Source of the DNA: Girardia tigrina
Taxonomy: Eukaryota
Length of the DNA: 64,000 nucleotides
Direction of reading: 5' to 3'
Assembly: GCA_001938485.1 (NCBI GenBank)
Contig: MQRK01213424.1
Span: forward strand, 1 to 64,000
Positions 25,212 to 38,500 of the stretch are shown here, one piece after another. Every line of letters begins with the position of its first letter. The first letter of the stretch is position 1. Made by a program: the position numbers and the translations under genes. The notes under the pieces are model-generated. The model did no database searches, was not told where the DNA came from, and saw only the letters and a list, made by a program, of their open reading frames with translations.

Positions 25212-28200
25212 CATTGGAATTGGAATTAAATTCCAATTCCAAATTTTATTTTTCTTTTTATTTCCATCTTGAACAACCACCATCGAAGGAATTGATTAAT
25301 TCATGGGTCGGAGAATGTTTGAATGAATTGAAAACCGAAACCATACAAAACTCAATAATATCATCATGATTTAGTTCGAACCCTGACGATTGGCATATAG
25401 CAAAGCATGATGTGTATGGTAGAAAGTTTTGTGAGGCTTTGGCTGTTTCAAACCAGATTGAATAATTTCCCTACGAGTCTGTTTCCGGGGAAGATGTAGA
25501 TGGCCAGGATGTAGACTGTTTAGATGATAATGATGATGTAGAATGTTTGGATGTCGTTAATGAATAAAGTATTAGTGATATTTGTTTTCTTTTTTAATTC
25601 ATATTTTGATATTTTTGTTAATGGGAATTGAAAGCACCAAAGAGTATCACGACCCAAATAGTATCACTAACTTAAAAAAAATTTAGTGATACTATTTAAA
25701 TAGTATCAGTCATACTATTTGGCGATATACGTTATTTCAAATTAAATTTTATCAAATAGTAGAATGTTAATCTATAAAATTAATGGAAAAAAATTTCAAT
25801 TTTTAAAATATCGTTTTTAATTAATAGCTTATCAGTATTTATAATTCCATATTTTTATGTATAAGAAATCTGGTCAAAAGAAAACGAAAGAAAAGTTCCT
25901 CGGCGAAAAATTTGTTTAAATAATTGTTATTTGTATTATAAATAAATTTTTTTGGTGTTAATGAATTATAATCTTGATCAAGAACCCAAAAGCTAGAAAT
26001 TCAGATCAGCTGATACAGCGATTACTACCGGAGCGATACAGAAAACAAGACAAACGTTTAACTTACCATGATTTTATTTAGTACGAAACATGTCATGAAT
26101 ATTTAAAATGATAATTTGATCAATAAATTAAAAAATATTTTACAAGTTAAGTGATTATTTTTCATTTATTTGAGTAGATAAATCAAATTTAAAAGTAATA
26201 TACTATATTTTATATTTTATTTTAATATATAAAACAGATTACCTTTATTCCTGCGATAATATAAGCATCCATGAACTTCAAGAATGATCTCAACGGCAAA
26301 TTGGAATAAAACAAAGAAAATAAGAATCCATTGAGGATAGTCTAATTGTGACAACTGTAAGCCGGCTGCAGGAAGTCTCATTCCTATCATTATTGTAGGC
26401 ACTGAGAGACAATAAGCAATCGTTCCGATAAAGAAATGAAACCAATTAAACCATGGTCGATCTTTGGAACTAGGAGCACACCGACAAAGAGCAATTAAAG
26501 GCTAAATATTAAATAATATTTTCTTGTAAAAATCGTGGTAGGATATTTAATCCTAGATGGATATTTAAAACATCCTATGGACAAATATCATATGTATTGT
26601 ACTTTGATAACCATTAAATTATTGATATATATTTTAAGTATTTCTCGAATATGATGAGCATTAATTTCTTTTGTGTGTATAGTTTGATGGGTATGATAAT
26701 GCTAATACATACATACGTGGTGTGTTAGATAAGTCCTTAGACTCGCGTATAAATAGAGTTATGACAAAAATGACATTGTTCCCAAAAATAGTTATACTAT
26801 TTGTGGCTTCATATTTGCCATGAGTTTATATACGCTCTTAAAGTTGTGAATAGGACAGAGGGAATTTAATAATTTATGCGCGTCATGGCACCGATCGTTG
26901 AATACACAAGTGTCATCAAATTACTTGTGCTTAAAGGCACAGTTAGCCAAGATATTATCGAGCAGCTGCAGGACATCAACAAAGACGATGTTCCATCTGC
27001 AGCAACAATTTACAATTGGATTCGTGAATTCTCTTGACCAAAATTTCTTCAAAATGGCATTCGTCGAACTTCTTCACGACTGGAAGAAGTGCGTGTTTGA
27101 AAAAGGCTCATATATTGAGAAATGAGTGTTCACTTGTTTGTGTTTAAACAGTAAAATCTCAATGAAATCTGACCTTTATTTCGTGTCGAGTCTAAGGACT
27201 TATCTAAAGCATTACATATTACATTTTATATTAACAATTTTCATATAATCTTTTTAATGAAGATAATTTCAAATCGAAAAAAAGATTTAACTAGTTATTC
27301 AAGAGTTATTTCTTTTATTAACCTAATATAAAAAAGATATTTTGCAAGTTTACAATTTCCATGTTCAGTCAACAAATGGGGTACACATTTTGTCATTAAT
27401 TGTTCTTCTTCAATCCAAATCATAATGTCAATTGTTCCAAGAAGACAACCAAGAAAACTCCTAAATTCCCCATATGCTTCAATGAATGCATTGAAAATTA
27501 ACTTTTCTCAGTGTAACTTTAGAGATTTTTTTTCAATTATCCTCAATAATTTACGAAAGGTTAATCAGTTGGGTATGAAACGCGAAAATGAAACAAATAA
27601 GGAAGATTTTGTAGTACATGTAAAGCTGTTGTGAGCTCTCGCACCTTTGACAGTGAATGAGGTTGTTGATGCATTTTTGGAATTTAGAGTAACTTTATGA
27701 TCTTTATAAATATTTAATTGCGGTCTACAAAAAAACTGGAAAGTGGTCCATAAGAAAAGAAAGCTTGGGAATCATTAGTCTATATTTTAATATGTCCATA
27801 GGATGTTATATCTAGGATAAAACGTCCTGTAACTGCAAAAAATATTCAAATCGATTCTTACATTGAGAAAAGCTAAAATAAAAACAATAATTCCCAAAAT
27901 AGGATGAGCTTTAAACGGCAATGAATCAAGTTGTGAATAACCACCGACGTGAATGAAGATAAGAATAAATGAAATTGTGGTGAGAACAACACATGTTCCC
28001 TGAAGTGAACGGTGGAACTGAAACCAAACCATCTCTTTGGCGATTCCCGTATAAGGCCACATTTCTTTATAGTATCGGGCGAGAATGATTCCCACTGAGC
28101 TACAGAATACCCAGGCAATGACCATCAATATTCCGTGTGATTTCGCCAATGAAGAATTCATCGGAGATGACCCACTAACCACATTAAATGATCCTCTAAA

Positions 28201-29262
28201 ATGTTAATACATGATATTATCACAAATATCAGAAGAGCATGATAAAAAATATAAAATTTCATTTGTCCAAAATACAATTAAAGATGGATACGAAAGATCC
28301 ATGATTGGTGTCATCATTGTCAAGAGTCAAGAATTGTTTACCAATCAATGATTCAGACATATCACATTCGACTGATGCGATTTTATCAACGTAAACATCG
28401 TATAAATCTGCAAATTTGTCAGTGATTAATCAAGTGTTATTATTTGATAAAAATAGTCATATCACTCTACATTCTCTTTTCTTACACTTTTATTATAACA
28501 ATCTTTTATGTCTATGATTTTCTTTTTTCATTAAATATATTACGAATTTAAAAATTTATAAAATAAAGCTCAGGTTTCCTGTAACTTTTGGTGAACTATA
28601 GCAATCTGAGCACATCCCACGATTCCTCGTGAAGTCCACCAAACTGTCAACATAATCTTTCTCTGGGGAATATATTTCTTCCAACATGTTCCTAGAGCTA
28701 CCTGCGTTCAATTCAGTGCATTCTAGAATTGTCACAGGTTACCTACTTTTCACCACAGGTATAAATTGGATCAATAAATAAATTACTGGCTACTCGGACT
28801 AGTAAACTTGCAGTTGATGAAACTAGTCATTTTGTTGTTCTCACACATGTATGGATGTCATTGGTCAAGCTTTAGCGTAAAACAATAGCATGTGATCCTT
28901 GATCCACGTGTCACATTTTAATACTTTCCCGATTTCTTCACAAATAACACATGGATTTTAATCCCAACACTTACAAATGTCCTCATCTTGCCAATAAACT
29001 CCCAGATCGTGATTCATTTCCAAGTCTTTTTTTCCAGACTTAAAGAGACGAAAGCAAAATGTGCTACTTAATCTGCTAAGGTTTTCTTTAATTTTTAAAA
29101 GTTATTAGGGTATTAGTGTTTAACACTTACATCCAGAAATATAAGATCGACATTATTTATAAAACTAAAATGTTTAATACTTCATTTAGTTATATGTGGT
29201 CGAATGTTTTTTTAGTTGTTCATCTGTTATACATCTGTATTTTTACCTGTATGATAATAACA

Positions 29263-29300
<38 letters not shown>

Positions 29301-29347
29301 TATATATATATATAATATAATATTCATAATATATATAATATTCATAA

Positions 29348-29398
<51 letters not shown>

Positions 29399-32300
29399 GC
29401 TATGATAAATTATTAAAAGTACTAAAAGATCGATGATATTAGATTGATAATCATATTAATTAGTACTTATTATAGTATAAATTATAGAAAATAATTATGG
29501 ACGCCTTCCAGAAATCACAGTTGAAGAATATATATTAAAGTAAAGAAATTAGTCCCTCCGCAACAAAACAGAAGAAAGAGGAGATATAAATCCTTTATCA
29601 CATTTTAGTCTTGTTTCATCCTCTTCCTAATCACAAAAATAGTAGTGAATATTAACGGTAGATTATGTATCATTTGTTGGTTGACTGTTTACTACTCACT
29701 ACTTGTATTTTCCTTTTTATTATAATTATAATTATTTTTTCCATTCTTTTTATTAGCTTACTTTCTATATAGGTATATATGTATGTATGTATCCATGGAA
29801 TTTAGAAACCTGTTTTTGAAGGCTTTTTACTCAATCGATTTTCTTCAAAATTTGCACACTTACTCATTCTCGATAACAATAAATGATTATGTGAAATTTT
29901 GATCGAAAAAACTTTTTAAGGTCTCAAAATAGGAAAAACGGATAATTCTGAGTTCCCAAACAATATTAATTGCAATATATCTACTTATAAATTATCAGTA
30001 GTTAATATTAATTTTTAATGTGATTTTTTAATTAAAATTTCAAAAACTTTGTTGGCAAAGTAGAGTTCTGTCTGCATAAAGAATGGATAAAAATTTAATT
30101 TTTTGATTTACTAGTTTCTGTTAAAGTTGTTTAAGTTTGATTAAACTAAAATTAGTGAGTCATAACTCCAATTTATACTCACTATTATAATTATAATGGA
30201 ATATTATATTACCCTCTTTTACAATTGACTTCATTTATAATACAGAGACATAAAATGCATTTATCACAAATTTCGTTGTGACGAGTGACTCGTCAAAAGA
30301 AGGAAGAAGTTAGACTGACAATGGAACCGGATACTTCACCGAAATTTATTACAAAAATATATTTTGAAAAAACCGTTCAAAATTTTTGAACTAAAATTAT
30401 TTCCAGTATTTTATAAGGAAAATAATCTGGAAATTCAATCTTATTTTTTTTATTTTTCTTTTTGTCATGAAAATTTCGCTCGAACTAAAAACTAAAGGTT
30501 TCTGACTATTCCAATAGAAGGAGAATCCTCGGGAAATAATATTTAAATATTCTCAATTTAAAGATTTAAACATTTCCAAATCTAAGGTCCACTAATGATT
30601 TATCTTTTCCAGTGGTTAGAAGCATCTCCTGAACTAATATCGATTGCAAAAAAAAGTTTCTAGATTTTTTTTCAAAGATAGAAGTCATTTTGGGGAATAA
30701 ATTTAAATCGTCTCATTAAATATCTCATTTAAGTCACATATTAAACACTTTTCCCGAAAATAAATCGACCCTTTCCAAACCTTTGGTTCAAATTATTTTG
30801 CTTTTTTTACAAATATTTTTAGTTTACTTATTGTTATCTGTCTTGATCGATTTTCTAGTTTATTTCAATCATCTCTATCGTTTCCTTTTGTTTTGTACAA
30901 AATATTTTCTGACAATTCTTTTGTTAATAAATGTAAGACTTACACGAATTTCATTGTGTCTTTCATTACCAAATTTTTGCACACCAAATAACAATTATTT
31001 TTATATATTTACTTTTCCATGTAGAATTTTAGATTCACTGTGCTTATTGATTTATTTGTTGTTTTTTCATAAATATAATAATTATAATAAATCTTCAAAG
31101 AAGAATTTTACGATTAAGATTAAAGTATTAAATTCTAATAACCTTGAAAAGTCTACAGGTACGTCACTGAAGATCAAACTGCCCGCCGAAGGTCTACCCA
31201 GACCATATTGAGATGCTTCAATACCTCTTGCTGTGATTAAAAAGTATTCATTTCCAGACGATAAGTCTTTCAGCTGGATAGATGCTTGTTGGGGTCGAGT
31301 CCGACGCAAAAATCGGCACATTAACCGTTTTGTTAGAGTATTGAAAAAGCCTCCGTATCGATTGTTCTTGGGCATAAGTACAATGCTCTAAATCAATACA
31401 AATCAAATCAACTTGTACATTCGATATCAGAAGATTACATAAAGAAACAAAATAAATATTACATCAATTATGGCCAAAATAAACAGATTAAGAATGTCAT
31501 AAATTATTTAGATAAGAACTAATTCATATTTTTTCAAAGAAAAATTAAACCGAAAATTTAAACAAATAAGAATAAATAAATGAAATAAATTCTGAAATCA
31601 AAATATAAATAAATATAATAAATCTTGTTAAAATATCACACAGTGAAAATGAACTCTTGTTCCATTCGGTCACTGTTACACCTCCAAAGAGTGTTCGCTT
31701 GGTTTTGAGTGAGTATCAACCGATAGTAAATCATTAATATTTGGTTTCATTATTGATTTTGAGTGAGAAAATTCATGAGTGTTTTCTGTAATCAATCTGT
31801 ATTCAGTCTATGGCAAAGTATTTCAGTGACAATTTCAAAAATTTTAATTATTTTAATTATTACTCGTCTGATCAGTAACAATAAATCATAAAATCCATTA
31901 TTTTCTACGACATGATTCTGGATTTTTTATTCAGTAATCCAAAAATGCCTATGACATTTATGGTCATCTGGATTTGATCTTTCTCTATTTGCTGTTTAAA
32001 AATAGTGTCTTTATAATAATATCAATATGTTTTTCCCTCAGTCCAAAATAGAAATGTACCCATAATTTCACTTAAAATAAATACCAGATGAATTCAGCAA
32101 TTCGTAAATATAAGAAAAATAAAACAAAACTTATTTATTTTGGAATTAAATTGAAACGTAAAATTTCATTCCTAATCTGAAGTAGATTGGAGCAAATATT
32201 ACTTGCATTTGAGATGCTTTTATTCTATCGAATAAATAGATGCTCCAACAACACACCAAACAACACACAATAAACACCATTCAAAAATATTCCTCACAAT

Positions 32301-32482
32301 AGTTATTATGAAGAACAAACTACAAGTAATACTTAAAATGAAACTTAAAAATACTTAAAATACATAAATGGTAACTTTAACTCCACCTCTTAGTTTGACC
32401 TTTACGTCCTGTAAATGAAAGTGGAATGATTGCTATCGAATATTTGATACAAGAGCAAGTATAGTCTTTTATGCCTTTGCAT

Positions 32483-32541
<59 letters not shown>

Positions 32542-35500
32542 TNNNNNNNNNNNNNNNNNNNNNNNNNNNNNNNNNNNNNNNNNNNNNNNNNNTATATATA
32601 TATATATATATATCATATGATCTGTGTTAAACAAAATAAAGGAAAAGGCCGACAAATGTTATTTTTTTATAAGATTAGGTTGTTAAATCTGAAAATATAC
32701 TTCAAACCATTGTTTAATTCTTTTTAAATCTAAATATAACAATTTTATAAGTTCGTAGAAAGTCAAATATTAGTCGGTCGAAACGATCGCCCTGTGACCG
32801 TTGTCGTAATATGTCCAAGTGCGACTGATTTCGCGTGAAAAATAATTTCGATCGTTACAATAAATTATAGAGTTTTTAGCCACAATGAAAGAATGGCTTT
32901 ACAAACACCAGAATTACCAACGAATTATCAACAAGAAGGATGAGAAGAAAATAAATTTGTAAATCTCATACTATTTATTATCTCAATGAAAGTGAGGATG
33001 TCAACATTTGTTAAATAAAAAAGCAATAGAAAGTTGTCAAGGTTTTTGTTATTACATTCTTTTTGTTTTGTAAATTTGAACAAGTTTATTACACAAAAAA
33101 TTAATGAGTGTTTATTGTACTAGCAACGAATGAATAACAATTTAATATCATAAAAAGGTCATTTCGTATTATTATTTCATATTATTTTTTCATTTTATTA
33201 TTTCACGATTTTTCGACCTTAGACTCAAAACGTTACGTAACGTCACCTACTTGTGTCTTTCTTAACGTTATTATTGTTTATACCTGGCGCGCGCACTGGT
33301 AATGCTTGACGCTATTGATTCTTTACCACTGCTTTCAAGTTGGTGTATCCTGCGTTTTTTCTTTTGTTCTGTCAATTTCAGTGATTTATGCAGATTTTAC
33401 TTGATCAAGAGACCCTAAATATTTTTATAACTAAACTAAGCATCCAGCAATAGATACATCATTCAGACAAAAATTTTCTTGCAGAAGGGTGACATTATTT
33501 TTTCTATGCTTCCTTTAGTAATATATTCTTTTCCGTAGATAGTACTATTAAAATAAGATGAAACAATGTTATATATATATATATATTATTTTACTTGTTC
33601 ATCTAAAGATTATTATTTACACTTAAAAACAGAAAATATTTTCTTCATAGTTATTATGAAGAACAAACTACAAGTAATACTTAAAATGAAACTTAAAAAA
33701 TACTTAAAATACATAAATGGTAACTTTAACTCCACCTCTTAGTTTGACCTTTACGTCCTGTAAATGAAAGTGGAATGATTGCTTATCAAAATTTAAGATT
33801 ACTGAATTGAATCTAAAGAGTGTTGTGAAATCAATCCAAAGATAATGGTAAATTTAATATAATTTTATCTTTTTCAATTTGTATTAATTTTAAAGGAGAA
33901 AGATGAAAGAGAAAATTCATAAACATACCTTGTGAAAAGATCAACGTAATAGTACGGTACTAAGGTTATACTAAATATACACTTACAGTTTCATTCGTGG
34001 ACATTTTATTCAAAGTTGCCAAATTGAATTAAATAAACCAACAAATAGATATTTTTATCTACCGAAAGTCTTATAAATGAATTTTAACTAATTTATAGTG
34101 CATTCAGGAGAGTTGTAAAAATTTGTAATGATTTACCATAATCATAAATAATCATATCACATCCCTCACTCTAGTAAGGATAGAAGCGTTCATACAAATA
34201 TAATGACTTGCAGTTTCCTTTTAGAAATAATGAAAATATTAATTAATATTCAGTTTAAGGTAATTTCATAATCCGTTTATATGGGTTTCTTGTTCAAATT
34301 CTTATTGAAACTGATAATAAAATGGAACAACGGATCTTTAGAAATTGGAAATGGATGTGGCCGGTCACAGTAACCTATTTTTTACTGTATAGAACCTAAG
34401 TTGACGGAAGACTGAATTAAAGATGAAAAGTCAAACTATGACACCCTTTTATTGAAGTTCATAATGAAAGATTATCAAAGCGCAAAACATTAAATCAGAA
34501 ATTACTTAATATTTGTTTCATCAGTGAACTGTGGCGAGTAATATTGATTAATGAATAATTTTATTGTAATTAATTTAATTTAATTATTTTTTAACTGGAA
34601 AATTTAATAAATTAATTTAACAACTAGTTAACAACTTATATTGATAATTTATAATTTACATTTTTGGAACTTAGATTTATCCTCTTATCGCCTATTCTTG
34701 GATCATGGAATACCATTACACAAATGACAATTTAGATCGAACAAGTTTTGATATATGATTAGAATGTATAGGACCGGATCTTCGATATATTGAGATTATT
34801 TATTCTATTTATATAGAATTTAAAAATTAGATAATTATCGAAATAGTTTAAGAATTAGAACATTATTTGATTGAAATTCGATTTAGTAATTAATTTGATT
34901 AATGATAAAAGAATGGAGTGGATTTAATATGGAATGTCTGAGAAAAGAAGCTTCAAATAGAGAGATGTGGCGAAGGCTTGTTTATAATTGGGTGCACCCG
35001 CAGCCCAACGGCTAAGGTCAAAAAGAAGAAAGAATGATAAAAACATTCATTTACAATGAGGAAATTCATGACAAACAATATTACTTGGAAAATAGATATT
35101 ACTAATTCTTAACAAAAAATGATATAGCTTCAAATTTAATTTTTCAATTTACTAAAAAGTCTTCTCCAAATTTATACCTCGAAAATTCGAAATTGTTTTT
35201 TGCTTGCCAAAGATGCCAATTATCATATATAAGATTTTGTTTAGTGTCAGACGAATGGTTTCAATTATTCCAAATTAACCGGATTATATTTTGGTGTTTG
35301 TTGGTTAATAATATTTTACAAACATTAAAGAAAGAATGAATTTGCACGACAAATCAGAAAGATTATAAAAGGTAGCTCGAATGATGCAATTTGGTCTTTC
35401 TAGCTCTATCATGAATTTGTCGAAGTTCCAGTTAAAATATGAGGAAATAGAAATTCACAATATGTGCCACTCTCGGAAAATTTTAAAAATCATTTAAAAT

Positions 35501-38500
35501 GAAACAGTTTATCGAATTTTGGTCATTAAAAGTGTTTCGTATGTAAGGTATTCGGTAATTCTAGCCCTTACGAGGATCGTTAATCGTTCTCTTGCGTCTT
35601 CTTGACGAATATCCTGGCATATCTCGAATTGCAACGCCATTTTTCTTGTGATAGCTCGAGTTCGAGTATAGTATATTATAGATCCGAATCATTGATGCAA
35701 ACGATATTTTCTTCACAAACTCCTTCTTCTAAATTCTTCACATCATTGTTTTCGTGCATCGAATTGATATTAAAATCTCTCGATAATTTCAAAATATTCA
35801 TATTTAAAAGAAAAACGAATTCCTTGATCAATTTTATTTTTAAAAATTTGTGAGGAGTTTCCGCCCTGTTACATATTATTAAATTTAAACAACAACTTTT
35901 TTACAACGACTTAACAATATANNNNNNNNNNNNNNNNNNNNNNNNNNNNNNNNNNNNNNNNNNNNNNNNNNATCATAGGCGCCCGCAGGATTTTTTCCAA
36001 GGGGGGGGGCAAAATAAAAACTTTCCTTTGGTAAAATTTTTCTAGGGGGGTTAATTTTAAAACTTCTACTGGGTAGAATTTTTTTAAAAATAGCAATTTA
36101 TTTACTTATTTATTTTCCTTTTTATCAAAATTTTCGAAATTATGAAAACATAAATCACCTTAATAAACCACAGCTAACACAATAAATGACATTAAAAAGA
36201 AAATAATCAAATTGATATTTATCAGAACATGCATTTTTTTTCAAAAGTGTTTTATTTACAACCACAAATTATTCTGTGAAAAGTAATTGCAACCTTCTCT
36301 TTTTTAAAGCAAACCGATTAAGAACATCTATAAAATATTGCTCTTGCATTTCGTCTATTATATGACGATGGACACTCATCTTGCAAAGGCCATTCAGTCT
36401 ATTCTCTACCATCGTTGACCGTAACCAGGTTTTAAACCTGTATAGAGTACTAAAAGACATCTCTACTGTACAAGTTGTAGCTGGAAGTGTCAATGCCAGA
36501 ATAAAGGCCAAAGAAATAGAAGGATAATATACTGATGAATGATGTATTAAATCTAAGAAAATCAGATTTTGAATCTCATTTATTGGTTTATCGTTCCAAT
36601 ATGCAAACAAAAATGTAGCATCTGCTGTGAAATTTAATTTAATATTTTGTTTTTTGTACACATTAAATTTTTTTTCCAGGGGGTGGGCAAATGCCCCCCT
36701 TGACCCCCTTTCGGGGTACCCATGATATATATTTACATGTCAAGAAAATTCATCACATCGATGAGATATTTCTCGAGATTATTCAAATTAAGAAATAAAA
36801 TTTTATTTGATTTCAAATTTTAATTTTATTAAAATTTCTAATTATTATTTTATTTAATTCATTTTTAAATGCATATTTCTTTGTTTAATTCTGTTTATGT
36901 TCGATCATTTTTTTCAATTTTCTCGACCAAAGCGATTATTCCAATCTTCTTTAAACCGGTTTTTTTATTGTTCGATTCATTTGTACATAAAATCTCTAAA
37001 TTTACGATAAATTTCAATACCTTCGATTTAAAGATACGGTGTCATTTCTCTTTGTGTCACAAACATTTGAATTTTCCTTTTATTTGTAATGATTCTTTGC
37101 ATTCTTTGATATTTAAGCCCGAAAGGAATGTCAGGAAATACACCCATCAAAAACGATTTATTCATGAGTTTTTGTGATATGTACAAAATAGATTATTTAC
37201 TTTTTTAATGTAGCCTTTTCTTGGTGGACAATTAACGGAATAAATTTTCTAAAATCTACCCCAATAGATATAACACCATTTATTTGTACAGAAGTATATT
37301 TGCTTTCGTTTGTGTATGAATTCTTCCAAATAAATAGAAATGACATCCACTTATTCAGTTTGATATACTTCATTCATCTTGACATTAATTGATCTGTTGT
37401 TAACATTACATAGATAGTTGAACGTTTTAAGGCTGAATCATTTAGTTCTATTTCATTTGCCTCGAAAGATAATTTGATCACTCATAAAAAGTTATTGTTA
37501 CCATAATAGTATTTATTCTTAAGTCTATAATTTCGTCTAAATTTTTGTCTTGTGAATGAAGATTTATTTGTTCTTAACTTATATAAGATTTTAGAAACAT
37601 TTACTGGTCATATTCTTGATTTTCGCGTCACTCAAAATGCTTTTTCGCTTTGTGGCCCAAATTAGTTTTTTCAGTAAAATTTATGACTTCCATTTTGTAT
37701 GCAATGGCGAATTTTCATCTTTTTATTTTAACGTAAGAGTGTAATAATTAAAATTACAATAAAAGGATCAAAATTTGAATGGATTATTGAATAAAAATAA
37801 AGTAATAGTAACATAATTTAAATTGTAACCCAAATTTGTGAATTTTAGCTCAAATTAAAATTATTAAAATTTAATTTAAAGCAAATTTGATTCGAAGCAT
37901 TTTATCATCAAAATAAGAAAGTTTGAACTTCAAAAAACATAAACATTTTAGGCTGAATTCACGAGTATTAATATGGTTACCTTTTTATGAACTTAATATG
38001 ATGATTTTATATTTGAATTAATATTTTCGTAACATCGTTTATATTAGGTTTTAGTAAGTCTACCAAACAATAATTAGTCAAATGGATCTCTTAATTCATT
38101 CTATGACCGGGGGAAGAAGTTCATTGATGAAAGAGATAAACTTAAATATTTGAAAATTCGCCGTTTTTCGACACATTTTTAGTTTTTTGTTCAATGCTAA
38201 AATATTTTGCTAAATACCAAGTGCAAAGTTGATATTAAAAAGAGTTAAGTCGATTAAAAATAAGTGTTTTTAAACTTTTATTTATATGATTATACATTAT
38301 TATTTATACATTATTTAATCCTTAATTCAATTAATTATGATTGTAACTTTTAAGCATTTAATATTACACACTTTATTTTACATAAGATGTAAAATTCAGT
38401 CCTAAAAGAGGTGAAGTACATATATAAATCTTCCTAACAATTTTATTCAAATACTTATAGTTTAAAAATAATCTCTTATAGATCTCGTTCTTCCGGAAAT

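Larger units (their letters stand above)
23531..25732 (+). mobile_element. pogo/Tigger-like DNA transposon, internally deleted, in FRRS1 intron 5
   Basis: TIRs TA|ACGGATAACGCCAATTAGTAT and ATACTATTTGGCGATATACGT|TA with AGTATCAC subterminal repeats. DDE_1 transposase RVTALISIWADGRKAKPLVI...VIPG/LTPYLQAGD...GNPKP|PSKELINSWV is split at 24155/25281. Confidence 0.85.
22965..25990 (-). repeat. AT-rich dispersed repeat (copy of 47020-47751 in opposite orientation), interrupted by the pogo element
   Basis: 25820-25990 is the reverse complement of ~47020-47190, and 22975-23250 of ~47360-47745, with substitutions. Confidence 0.65.

Noticed and set aside
31740-31800. HEFSH-SKSIMKP (HExxH + Met-turn-like) on the minus strand
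   Set aside because: Spacing is incompatible with the metzincin HExxHxxGxxH motif and the frame is short and stop-bounded; may be chance.
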